A stretch of DNA of 64,000 bases from an uncultured Saprospirales bacterium (lineage in GTDB: Bacteria > Bacteroidota > Bacteroidia > Chitinophagales > JADIYW01), in assembly GCA_938008535.1 (NCBI GenBank), contig CALLKF010000138.1:16930-80929 (forward strand), given 5' to 3'. Under the pieces are notes generated by a model that was not told the origin of the DNA, searched no databases, and saw only the letters and a program-made list of their open reading frames with translations. The translations under genes were made by a program, and so were the position numbers. Below, in pieces: positions 38,687 to 47,384 of the stretch (positions within the stretch are counted from its first letter, which is position 1; each line of letters starts with the position of its first letter).

Positions 38687-39814
38687 ATGAAAATTTATTT
38701 CGATAACGCTGCGACCACACCTTTAGATAAACGTGTTTTGGAGGTGATGATGCCTTATTTGACGGAGCATTTCGGCAATCCGTCGTCTGTGTATTCGTAT
38801 GGACGCGACACGCGCGCGGCGATCGAAGAGGCGCGCAAGACGATAGCGGCGCTGATCAGTGCGCAACCTGGCGAAATTATTTTTACGTCAGGCGGCACGG
38901 AAGCGAACAATATGGCGATAAAAGGCGCAGTGTTGAATTTGGGTGTGGAACGAATTATTACGTCGCCGATAGAACACCATTGCGTAGAACATACGGTGGA
39001 TTTTTGTAAGGATTTTTTGAAAGTACAAGTTGATTTGGTGAAAATTGATGAGCAAGGAAATGTGGGTCTGGATGATTTGACTAGATTGCTAAAATCATCT
39101 GACAAAAAAACGCTGGTGACGCTGATGCATGCCAACAACGAAATTGGGACACTGGCTGATATTGAAAAAATTGGCGCTATTTGCAAAGAAAATAATGCGT
39201 TGTTTCATTCGGACACGGTGCAAACGTTTGCGCATTTTGATATAGATGTACAAAAAATAAACGTTGATTTTATTTCAGGTGCGGCGCATAAATTTCACGG
39301 TCCGAAAGGCGTTGGCTTTTTGTATATGCGCAAGCAAAACAAAGTGAAGTCGTTCATTCACGGCGGCGGACAAGAGCGTGGCTTTCGCGCAGGCACTGAA
39401 AATGTGTACGGTATTGTTGGTTTGGCTGAGGCCGCAAAAATTGCGTACAATAATTTAGAAGATGACAGAAAGAAAATTTTGGAACTGAAATATTATTTCA
39501 AATCGCAGTTGCTGAAACATTTTGAAGGTGTTGAATTTAACGGCAACACCGACGAACGCAGTTTATACACGGTGCTGAATGTTTCGTTTCCACCGAATGA
39601 TAATTCGATGATGCTGTTGTTTACGCTAGACCTAGAAGGCATTTGTGTGAGTGGTGGCAGCGCTTGCAGCAGCGGCGCAGGAACAGGTTCACATGTGATT
39701 GCTGCATTGAAAAAAGATGCTGACCGAATACCGATCCGCTTTTCTTTTTCCAAACATAACACAAAAGAAGAAGTTGATTTTGTAGTGGAAAGGTTGGTGA
39801 AAATTTTAGGATAA
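38687..39814 (+). CDS. Cysteine desulfurase (NifS/IscS class)
   Basis: MKIYFDNAATTPL N-terminus, PLP-lysine motif SGAAHKFHGPKGVG, active-site GGSACSSG. A TAAATTTG -7-like box at 38655-38662 lies inside the longer ORF-track extension, which supports the 38687 start. Confidence 0.85.
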   Translation: MKIYFDNAATTPLDKRVLEVMMPYLTEHFGNPSSVYSYGRDTRAAIEEARKTIAALISAQPGEIIFTSGGTEANNMAIKGAVLNLGVERIITSPIEHHCVEHTVDFCKDFLKVQVDLVKIDEQGNVGLDDLTRLLKSSDKKTLVTLMHANNEIGTLADIEKIGAICKENNALFHSDTVQTFAHFDIDVQKINVDFISGAAHKFHGPKGVGFLYMRKQNKVKSFIHGGGQERGFRAGTENVYGIVGLAEAAKIAYNNLEDDRKKILELKYYFKSQLLKHFEGVEFNGNTDERSLYTVLNVSFPPNDNSMMLLFTLDLEGICVSGGSACSSGAGTGSHVIAALKKDADRIPIRFSFSKHNTKEEVDFVVERLVKILG

Positions 39815-39910
39815 TATATTTTTTAGTGCCAATGTTTTTTTGAACAATTTTAATGCATATTTAAATATTTTACTTATATTTGTTGTATCCTAAATTTAAA
39901 AAAAATCAAA

Positions 39911-40528
39911 ATGAAAAGAATTTTATTTATCTGTATTGCAATTATTAACATTGTAACGGTGTCATGTAAAAAGGATGATACTTCGAATAATAATAACAAT
40001 CCTGTGTCCACCTACAAATACTATGTGATAGCGGATATTAATAGCACATCTTATAAAGCCGAAAATAATTCATTGCAAGAATGTTGGTCAAGTCCATATG
40101 GATTTTGTACAGCTATGTATAATGGAACAAGCTTTACGCCACTTGGAGATGTATATTTTTTTTCTACTCAAAATAAACCTCAGGCAGCTTTTATACAGGC
40201 AATGAAAGGGAAAACTTATCCATATACTATTTATAATGTTAATACAGAAGGCCTCGTTTTTGCTTTTAAAATAGATGGAGTTAACTATAGTACTATTAAT
40301 GTACCTGTAGGAAGTAGAACAGGAAATGTAACTGTTTCTGATGTAATTGCAGATGGTGAAACAACAGAATTTGACGATTTAGATGATGAGGGCAATCCAA
40401 GATATGATAAATGCTTTAAACTAATCGGAACATTTAATGGTAAAATCGCAAAATCTGACAGCAGTGATATAAGACAAATAACCAATGGTAAGTTTGCAAT
40501 TCGCTTCAATGAAACAAAGCGAAATTAA
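39911..40528 (+). CDS. Hypothetical lipoprotein
   Basis: Signal peptide with lipobox (IVTVSC). No family recognised. Confidence 0.5.
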   Translation: MKRILFICIAIINIVTVSCKKDDTSNNNNNPVSTYKYYVIADINSTSYKAENNSLQECWSSPYGFCTAMYNGTSFTPLGDVYFFSTQNKPQAAFIQAMKGKTYPYTIYNVNTEGLVFAFKIDGVNYSTINVPVGSRTGNVTVSDVIADGETTEFDDLDDEGNPRYDKCFKLIGTFNGKIAKSDSSDIRQITNGKFAIRFNETKRN

Positions 40529-40553
40529 TAATTAGGTTAATTGTATTCTTAGA

Positions 40554-40583
40554 ACGTGTCAATTACATTGACATGTTTTTTTA
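40554..40583 (+). terminator. Hairpin terminator between convergent genes
   Basis: Stem acgtgtcaat (40554-40563) / attgacatgt (40567-40576), 10 bp including one G-U pair, then ttttttt. Confidence 0.75.
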
Positions 40584-40584
40584 T

Positions 40585-41070
40585 TTACAATTCTTCAAAC
40601 AAACCTAATTCTTTGTTTTTTCTGACGTTGTTCCAGTTGAAGAATTTGCCGTTCATGGAAATGTAAACGCCGTTGGGCAAGGTTTGTACGAACGCTAAAG
40701 CAGCGCCTAAATTAAACAAACCATCAGAGCTGCCGAACTTATACGGTATCATCGCGCCTGTTAGTATTACAACTTTATCGGTTATTTTTTCGGCTAAAAT
40801 TTTAGCGGTTTCTACCATTGTATCAGTGCCGTGCGTGATGACAATTTTGTCTTCATCGCATTGTGCGCAGTTGTGTGCAATGATGTCGCGGTCGTCGTCG
40901 CTCATTTCCAAACTATCAATCATCATTAAAGTTCTGATGTTGACATCGAGTTTGCATCTGCCTAATTCGAGCATTTCAGGAACGTGCGTGTCTTCAAAAA
41001 AAAGTTTTCCGTTGAGTTCATTGTACTCTTTGTCAAAGGTGCCACCAGTGATGAATAAACGTATTTGCAT
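40585..41070 (-). CDS. Asparaginase-domain protein (short, N-terminal asparaginase fold)
   Basis: FITGGTFDK (TGGT catalytic-Thr motif), HGTDTM and ILTGAM motifs, 161 aa. Confidence 0.7.
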   Translation of the reverse strand: MQIRLFITGGTFDKEYNELNGKLFFEDTHVPEMLELGRCKLDVNIRTLMMIDSLEMSDDDRDIIAHNCAQCDEDKIVITHGTDTMVETAKILAEKITDKVVILTGAMIPYKFGSSDGLFNLGAALAFVQTLPNGVYISMNGKFFNWNNVRKNKELGLFEEL

Positions 41071-41074
41071 ATGA

Positions 41075-41109
41075 TAGTAGTAAGTCGTGAGTAATGAGTT
41101 GTGAGTTGT
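41075..41109 (-). repeat. Heptanucleotide tandem repeat, about 5 units of ACTCACR-type (coding-strand sense)
   Basis: The minus strand reads acaactc acaactc attactc acgactt actacta. It fills almost the whole 39-nt gap between the RDD gene stop and the next ATG. Confidence 0.75.
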
Positions 41110-41745
41110 TTAATCTTCGATAACTAAAGTGTTTGGAAGTGAATCGTGCCAGAAAACACTTTCATTTATTAGATAAGAAAAATACTCAGCAATAGAATAT
41201 TGTTTAGCATCGCTGCGGAAAATTCCGTTGATAATAAAACTTAAATATTCAAAAGGCAAAAAACGACTGAACACTCTACCAATGCATTGCAGCAACGAAA
41301 CTTTATTTCCATCATTAGAAATTACTTTTGTTCTGGTGATAAATTTACCAATTGTTTTGCCGAAAAAATATTCCAGGATTGGATAATACAAAACGAAAAT
41401 AGTTGCAAAAATAGATAGTGCATTATTGTTATTATTATTAGTTGCCTTTACGAGTAACGCATTTTTTAAATCATCTATATTTCCAAAGAGTGAAAAGATA
41501 GCCATTATAATCATTGTGTCAATTAATGTATTGAACATTCTTTTGATGATGTGCGCGCGTTTAAATGCAACTTTTTCAACAACATCTAAAACGCTGGAAT
41601 CGTTAATGATTTCGAACTGTTTCGGCACTTTGTAACCAGTGTCAAACTCAGCAATACTTTTGCAATTCATACAGCGAACTTGTGTTTGAGAAAATTGTTC
41701 GTATGACGTGCTTCCGCAATTTTGACATGTAAATATTGAACTCAT
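41110..41745 (-). CDS. RDD family membrane protein with N-terminal zinc-ribbon
   Basis: CQNCGS...CMNCKS double CxxC, then TM helices, then FFGKTIGKFITRTKVISNDG typical of RDD domains. Confidence 0.6.
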   Translation of the reverse strand: MSSIFTCQNCGSTSYEQFSQTQVRCMNCKSIAEFDTGYKVPKQFEIINDSSVLDVVEKVAFKRAHIIKRMFNTLIDTMIIMAIFSLFGNIDDLKNALLVKATNNNNNNALSIFATIFVLYYPILEYFFGKTIGKFITRTKVISNDGNKVSLLQCIGRVFSRFLPFEYLSFIINGIFRSDAKQYSIAEYFSYLINESVFWHDSLPNTLVIED

Positions 41746-41761
41746 GTTTGTTTGTTGTTTT

Positions 41762-42775
41762 TCAAATTTCTAAAATAAATTTTATAGTATCTACGTTATC
41801 AGCATAGTCATTTAAGGTTGGTTGCTGCGATTTTCCAAATGGAATGATATTGTCAATCGCTACATTTCCAACAATGCATTGTATGTTTTCTTTTTCTTCT
41901 GTAATGATTTTTTGTACATCATCTATAGTATCATAATATTCAAAATGCAAACACGAAATAGGTGAGTGCATGCTTTTATTTTCTGTGATGTTTACAAAGT
42001 CAATATCGATCAACGGAATTTGATTCATTAAATAAACTGTGCGCTGATAATCTAAATTATTCATGTATTGATTGTGCTGATTGACACCGATATGATTTGC
42101 AAAACCATCTTTTAGTTTTAGAATATCATAATTTTTTGGAATAAAGATCTTGGAAACATTTCTGCAACCTAAACCATAAAAATCAAAAATATCGTGACCT
42201 AAATCATCGAAATCTTCCTGCGTTTCATTACCATCTAAAACAGCAATTGAATTTCTGTTTCGTCGAATGATGTGTTTGTATTTTTTGAAATAATATTCAA
42301 AATGTTTCGCAGTATTGTTGCTGCCAGTTGCGATGATGGCATCGAAATCACCTAATCGTTCTTTAATCTCAATTTTATCTTTGAAATCAGAATTGAATTC
42401 AATCAGCTTATCAAATAAGAACGGATACAAGAACTTGTCTTTTTCAGAAAGTTTTATCTGTAATTTATTGTCGGTAATCAACACACATAAAATATCGTGA
42501 AACGCAACCAATGGAATATTTCCTGCAGCAACTAATGCTATTGTTTTAGAGTCGTGAGTCGTGAGTTGTGAGTCGTAAGTAGAAAGCCAGTTTTCTAATT
42601 TTTCTTTTTGAAGAAATTCTCTTGCAATATTTTGTAAAGCAAGATTTGTATTTTCGATAGTAAACCATGTATTGTACACAAATGCTTTATGCACGACTTC
42701 TTGCAAGGAAACAGTATTTTCGATGATAAAATCACCGAGTTGCGCAAATGCGTTGATATTGTTTTCGATGTTCAT
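41762..42775 (-). CDS. Acyl-CoA reductase (LuxC-like) family protein
   Basis: ~337 aa with VAAGNIPLVAFHD and a ...GLGCRNVSKIF... Cys motif, as in Bacteroidota LuxC-like acyl-CoA reductases. Confidence 0.65.
   Translation of the reverse strand: MNIENNINAFAQLGDFIIENTVSLQEVVHKAFVYNTWFTIENTNLALQNIAREFLQKEKLENWLSTYDSQLTTHDSKTIALVAAGNIPLVAFHDILCVLITDNKLQIKLSEKDKFLYPFLFDKLIEFNSDFKDKIEIKERLGDFDAIIATGSNNTAKHFEYYFKKYKHIIRRNRNSIAVLDGNETQEDFDDLGHDIFDFYGLGCRNVSKIFIPKNYDILKLKDGFANHIGVNQHNQYMNNLDYQRTVYLMNQIPLIDIDFVNITENKSMHSPISCLHFEYYDTIDDVQKIITEEKENIQCIVGNVAIDNIIPFGKSQQPTLNDYADNVDTIKFILEI
42549..42580 (-). repeat. Heptanucleotide tandem repeat (GAGTCGT on plus strand, ACGACTC-type on coding strand) x4.5 inside a CDS
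   Basis: gagtcgt gagtcgt gagttgt gagtcgt aagt read directly. It encodes STYDSQLTTHDS of the LuxC-like protein. Confidence 0.85.
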
Positions 42776-42857
42776 TAACTTAAAATTATTGTTTTTTGTG
42801 GTGTCAAAGTTCAGTTCTATTTCTATATTTGTGTTATAATTTACAAAAGTACAACAA

Positions 42858-43205
42858 ATGGCAATCAGAATAACCGATGAATGTATAAATTGTGGCGCAT
42901 GTGAGCCAGAATGTCCAAATAATGCAATTTACGAAGGTGGAATTGAGTGGGCAATGAGTGATGGAACCACTTTAACAGGTGAATATACTCTAAAACAAGG
43001 TGAAGTGGTAAATGCAATGGCTAAAAACAAACCAGTCTCAAACGATGTTTATTTTATTGTAACCGATAAATGTACGGAATGCAAAGGTTTTCACGAAGAA
43101 CCGCAATGCGCAGCCGTTTGTCCAGTAGATTGCTGTATTTTAGATGACGATAATGTAGAAACAGAAGAAGAATTATTAGCAAGAAAAGCAAGATTGCATT
43201 TATAG
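42858..43205 (+). CDS. 4Fe-4S dicluster ferredoxin
   Basis: [12 protein letters not shown] and CTECKG...CAAVCPVDC cluster motifs. Confidence 0.85.
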   Translation: MAIRITDECINCGACEPECPNNAIYEGGIEWAMSDGTTLTGEYTLKQGEVVNAMAKNKPVSNDVYFIVTDKCTECKGFHEEPQCAAVCPVDCCILDDDNVETEEELLARKARLHL

Positions 43206-44684
43206 TTCTAAAATTCGTTTACTTCTTTCGCGGATTGCTCTGCATAAATCAGCATCATCTTTTAAGGATTGACCATAGAATGGAATCATTTCTTTTAATT
43301 TGTTTTGCCAGTTTTCTGAATTCATTTGTTCTGCAAAACATTTTTTTAAAACATCGAGCATAATATTTACAGAAGTAGATGCGCCAGGCGATGCGCCTAA
43401 TAAACATGATAAGGAACCATCAGCAGCACAAATCACTTCAGTACCAAATTCTAAGACACCACCATCTTCTTTGTCTTTTTTTATTACTTGCACACGTTGT
43501 CCAGCAATGGCTAATTGCCAGTCTTCATCTTTTGCATTTGGCATATATTCACGCAGCATATTTACTTTGTCTTCTTGCGATAAAGTTACTTGTTCAATTA
43601 AATATTTGGTTAATGGAATATTATGCAAGCCAGCCGCAACCATTGGAAAAAAATTATCTAATTCTATAGATGAGGGTAAATCAAAATAAGAGCCGTGCTT
43701 TAAAAATTTGGTAGAAAATCCTGCAAACGGACCAAATAGAAGTGCCTGTTTACCATCAATAATTCGTGTGTCTAAATGTGGCACTGACATTGGTGGCGAA
43801 CCAATCGATGCTTTGCCATATACTTTTGCATGATGTTGTGCAATGACTTCTTCGTTGTTGCAAACCAGCCATTGTCCGCTGATTGGAAAACCACCATAAC
43901 CTTTTCCTTCTTCAATATCTGATTTGTCTAATAAAGGCAACGCGCCACCACCAGCACCTAAGAAAATAAAATTTGATTTGATGTGAAATTTTTCATTAGC
44001 AGTTATATTTTTTACCTTTATTTTCCAGGTTCCATCTTCTTCTTTTTCTATATCGCGCACTTCATGGTTTAAGAATAAATGCACACCGTCTAATTTTTCT
44101 AAATGCTGAAAAAGCACACGTGTCAACGCACCGAAATCAATGTCAGTGCCAGCATTCATGCGTGTTGCAGCTACTTTTTGATTTGCATCGCGACCATTCA
44201 TAATTAATGGAAACCATGTTTTTAATTCAGAAAAATTATCGGAAAATAACATGTCTTCAAACAGCGCAAATTTAGTCATTGCTTCGTGGCGTTTCTTTAA
44301 GTATGCAACATTGTCATCGTTCCAGACAAAACTATGATGTGGAATCGTATTGATGAATTGCTGTGGATCATAGAAATACTTTTGTTCTACTAAATATGAC
44401 CAGAATGCCTTTGATAACTCAAACGATTGTGCAATTTTTAATGCTTTAGAAACATCGATAGAACCATCTTCGTTTTCTGGTGTGTAATTCAGTTCGCAAA
44501 ACGCAGAGTGACCTGTACCTGCGTTGTTCCATGCGTTAGAGCTTTCGCCAGCAACTATATCTAATTTTTCATAAATGCTAATCGTTATGGATGGTTCCAG
44601 TTCTTTTAAAAGCACACCAAGCGTTGCACTCATGATGCCTGCGCCTACTAAAACGACATCGGTTTGTAGTGTGTTGTTTTCCAT
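43200..44684 (-). CDS. mqo: Malate:quinone oxidoreductase
   Basis: [18 protein letters not shown] motif, ~494 aa, with [18 protein letters not shown] conserved in Mqo. Confidence 0.9.
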   Translation of the reverse strand: MENNTLQTDVVLVGAGIMSATLGVLLKELEPSITISIYEKLDIVAGESSNAWNNAGTGHSAFCELNYTPENEDGSIDVSKALKIAQSFELSKAFWSYLVEQKYFYDPQQFINTIPHHSFVWNDDNVAYLKKRHEAMTKFALFEDMLFSDNFSELKTWFPLIMNGRDANQKVAATRMNAGTDIDFGALTRVLFQHLEKLDGVHLFLNHEVRDIEKEEDGTWKIKVKNITANEKFHIKSNFIFLGAGGGALPLLDKSDIEEGKGYGGFPISGQWLVCNNEEVIAQHHAKVYGKASIGSPPMSVPHLDTRIIDGKQALLFGPFAGFSTKFLKHGSYFDLPSSIELDNFFPMVAAGLHNIPLTKYLIEQVTLSQEDKVNMLREYMPNAKDEDWQLAIAGQRVQVIKKDKEDGGVLEFGTEVICAADGSLSCLLGASPGASTSVNIMLDVLKKCFAEQMNSENWQNKLKEMIPFYGQSLKDDADLCRAIRERSKRILEL

Positions 44685-44983
44685 TATTTTTTTAATGTTT
44701 TATGAAGAAAAAATGTTCCAAATGGAATCAATGAAAGTATAAATGCTTGTATACAATTCTTTAATTCAAATTCTTTTTTTATTAAAAGTATTAAAATTGT
44801 AATCATAAAACTTACAAACAAAAAACCATGAATAGAACCTGCAATTCGAACATATTCAGGATGATGGAAAATGTATTTTAATGGCATGGCAATAAATAAA
44901 AGTAATAAATAACTATAACCTTCAGCTTTTCCAACGAATAAAAAATTTCTTATGTTCTTAGATATATTTGAATTTTTTTCCAT
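44684..44983 (-). CDS. DUF3817-like small integral membrane protein
   Basis: 99 aa, three TM helices, GKAEGYSYLLLLFIAMPLKY motif. 1-nt overlap with the mqo start. Confidence 0.6.
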   Translation of the reverse strand: MEKNSNISKNIRNFLFVGKAEGYSYLLLLFIAMPLKYIFHHPEYVRIAGSIHGFLFVSFMITILILLIKKEFELKNCIQAFILSLIPFGTFFLHKTLKK

Positions 44984-45119
44984 CGATTGAAAGTTTTGTT
45001 TTGAACACGAAAGTACTATTTAATTATGATGAGAAAATTTAAAAATTGATAAATTTCACAAATTATTTAGTTGATTTAAATCAAATCAATTTTGTATTTT
45101 TACATATTAATAGAACCTT

Positions 45120-45731
45120 TTGAACGCAACCAATAATTCAGTGATAGAAAAGAGATTTATGCTGCAAAATATGGCTTCTAAAAGTTGTATTAAACTCATT
45201 GAACTTTTCTTTACACACAAAGATGGCGTGCATGTAAAAACTGTTTTTTTAGGTGAAGCTAATTTAGTTTTTGATTCCAATAAAATTACCGAAAAAGAAA
45301 TTGCGTTATGTTTCCAGCAGCTTGGTTTTAATGTAATCAATGATCCTGAAGTGGAAATTGTAGAGAAGATAAAAGTAGCTGCGATTGAGTTAATTTATTA
45401 TGCAAATAATACAAACTCGCTTATCAGAAATTCGGATTATATCAGCGAACGTGTGCAGTTGCCATATGAAAGAATTAGTAAAGTTTTTTCTAAAATTACC
45501 AATACTACTTTAGAGAAATATATCATTCTATTAAAAATTGAAAAAGCTAAAGAGTTGCTTTTGAAAAATGATTTTACATTAAGTGAAATTTCTTACATGC
45601 TTGGATATAGCAGTGTTCATTACCTAAGTAATCAATTTAAAAAGGTTACAGGGTTTTCTGTTTCGCAATACAAAGGCTTAGAAGATCCTCATCGTATTCC
45701 TTTAGAAAATTTGTTAGATAACATTTTTTAA
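45120..45731 (+). CDS. AraC family transcriptional regulator
   Basis: C-terminal HTH_18 pattern (LEKYIILLKIEKAKELL...TLSEISYMLGYSSVHYLSNQFKKVTGFSVSQY). TTG start according to the ORF track; an alternative ATG is at 45159. Confidence 0.8.
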   Translation: MNATNNSVIEKRFMLQNMASKSCIKLIELFFTHKDGVHVKTVFLGEANLVFDSNKITEKEIALCFQQLGFNVINDPEVEIVEKIKVAAIELIYYANNTNSLIRNSDYISERVQLPYERISKVFSKITNTTLEKYIILLKIEKAKELLLKNDFTLSEISYMLGYSSVHYLSNQFKKVTGFSVSQYKGLEDPHRIPLENLLDNIF

Positions 45732-45821
45732 GGTATTGGCAGAATTTTATACAATCTATTCTGAATTGTGTAAACTACCTCAAAATAGATTTCATTAATA
45801 TTGTATTATAAAAATAAAGCA

Positions 45822-46061
45822 ATGAAAATCAAAAACAACATAGCACTTAGTGATTCAGGATTTTTGTTTAATCCGTCAACTGGCGATTCGTATTCTGTAA
45901 ATCCAATTGGTCAAGAAATAATTCGCCTTTTTCAAGAACATAAAACAATGGACGATGTAGTGAAGCTAATTACCAAAGAATATAGAATTGATAAAGATAC
46001 AGTTGAAAAGGATTTGTACGATTTTCAAAATATGCTTCAATCTTATAAATTAAGTGAATAG
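45822..46061 (+). CDS. PqqD family (RiPP-recognition-element-like) small protein
   Basis: FLFNPSTGDSYSVNPIGQEIIRLFQEHKTMDDVVKLITKEYRIDKDTVEKDLYDFQNMLQSYKL fits the PqqD winged-helix pattern (xLN..g..IW.l.dG..t..ei...l...y.v......D...F...L). ATG at 45822 preferred over the TTG at 45801. Confidence 0.75.
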   Translation: MKIKNNIALSDSGFLFNPSTGDSYSVNPIGQEIIRLFQEHKTMDDVVKLITKEYRIDKDTVEKDLYDFQNMLQSYKLSE

Positions 46062-46100
46062 TAATAGATAATTATTTATTCAAAATTAAAATGAATCAAC

Positions 46101-47282
46101 ATGCAATATCCATTGGAAATAGAAGCTGAATTATATTCTTCTCAATTAGTTAGAGAGAAGAAGGTAATAAAAGCATCCAAAATAAAATCAATAAAAAAAG
46201 TACCGTTACCGAAAACAGTTACTAAGATGACTGAGTCGAAACCTAAATATACAATTGCTGTAACTGGCTTAAATGCAATAGATAGTCCAGGTCCAGGAAT
46301 TTCGGTTATTCGTGCATTGCGTGATGCAACATCGTTTGATGTGAAAATTATTGGTCTTTCATACGAATCTTTAGAACCAGGAATTTATATGCATGATTTG
46401 ATTGATAAAACGTATCAAGTGCCATATCCAGGTGCTGGACAAGAAGTGTTGTTTGATCGCTTTGCATACATAAATTCAATTGAAAATATTGATTTCCTAT
46501 TTCCAAATTTTGATGCTGAATTATTCAATTTCATTTCTTTAAAAGAAAAAATGGAAACAGAATTAGGTATTAAAATGGTGTTGCCAACACAAGAACAATT
46601 TGAAGCAAGACACAAGGTAAACCTTTTTGAATTTGGTAAAAAGCATAAAATTAAAGTGCCGTTTGCAAAGATGGTTTATTCTTTAAGTGAAATTCCTTCT
46701 ATCACAAAAGAGTTTGGTTTTCCATTAGTAGTGAAAGGGAAATTTTATGATGCAAAAATTGCATACAGCAACGATCAAGCGATGCAGCACTTCAATAAAA
46801 TAAGTACAGAATGGGGTTTGCCTGTGTTGATTCAACAATTTGTGCATGGCTCAGAAGTCAATGTTTGCGGCGTCGGCAATGGAAAAGGTGTAACATTAGG
46901 TGCAGTACCAATGCGTAAATTATACATTACTGATAAAGGAAAAGCTTGGGCTGGCGTTACGTTGGACGATAATAATTTATTGAGTACTACGCATAGTTTT
47001 GTGAAAAATACGAAGTGGTGTGGCGCATTTGAATTAGAGTTTATAAAAACTGCAGATGATGAGTATTTCTTAATTGAAATAAATCCACGTTTTCCAGCTT
47101 GGTGCTATTTAACGGTTGGTGCTGGACAAAATCAAATTGAGTCTGTAGTTAATTTAGCGATGCAAAAAAAAGTGGAACCGTATAAAAATTATGATGTTGG
47201 AAAAATGTTTATCAGATACTCTTATGATATGATTGTAAATATGCCTGAGTTTGAACAAATTTCAACAATTGGCGAATTATAG
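46101..47282 (+). CDS. ATP-grasp domain ligase
   Basis: Pre-ATP-grasp Rossmann-like N-terminus (TIAVTGLNAIDSPGPGISVIRAL), FGFPLVVKGKF ATP-binding strand, and C-terminal FELEFIKT...YFLIEINPRFPAW Mg/ATP motif. An alternative start is M43 at 46227; the first 42 aa are Lys-rich and not part of the fold. Confidence 0.8.
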   Translation: MQYPLEIEAELYSSQLVREKKVIKASKIKSIKKVPLPKTVTKMTESKPKYTIAVTGLNAIDSPGPGISVIRALRDATSFDVKIIGLSYESLEPGIYMHDLIDKTYQVPYPGAGQEVLFDRFAYINSIENIDFLFPNFDAELFNFISLKEKMETELGIKMVLPTQEQFEARHKVNLFEFGKKHKIKVPFAKMVYSLSEIPSITKEFGFPLVVKGKFYDAKIAYSNDQAMQHFNKISTEWGLPVLIQQFVHGSEVNVCGVGNGKGVTLGAVPMRKLYITDKGKAWAGVTLDDNNLLSTTHSFVKNTKWCGAFELEFIKTADDEYFLIEINPRFPAWCYLTVGAGQNQIESVVNLAMQKKVEPYKNYDVGKMFIRYSYDMIVNMPEFEQISTIGEL

Positions 47283-47384
47283 AAAGATGGTTTATAGCGT
47301 TCGTAATAATTGTTTTAAACGTTATTACAAAAATTACAAACCAATCTAAAATCTCATTAAAATAAAAACACAATAAAGCACGAT

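Noticed and set aside
46101-46226. The Lys-rich first 42 codons of the ATP-grasp ORF considered as a separate leader or precursor peptide
   Set aside because: They are in frame with the enzyme and no stop codon intervenes, so they cannot be an independent product as written. I only note the alternative start at 46227.
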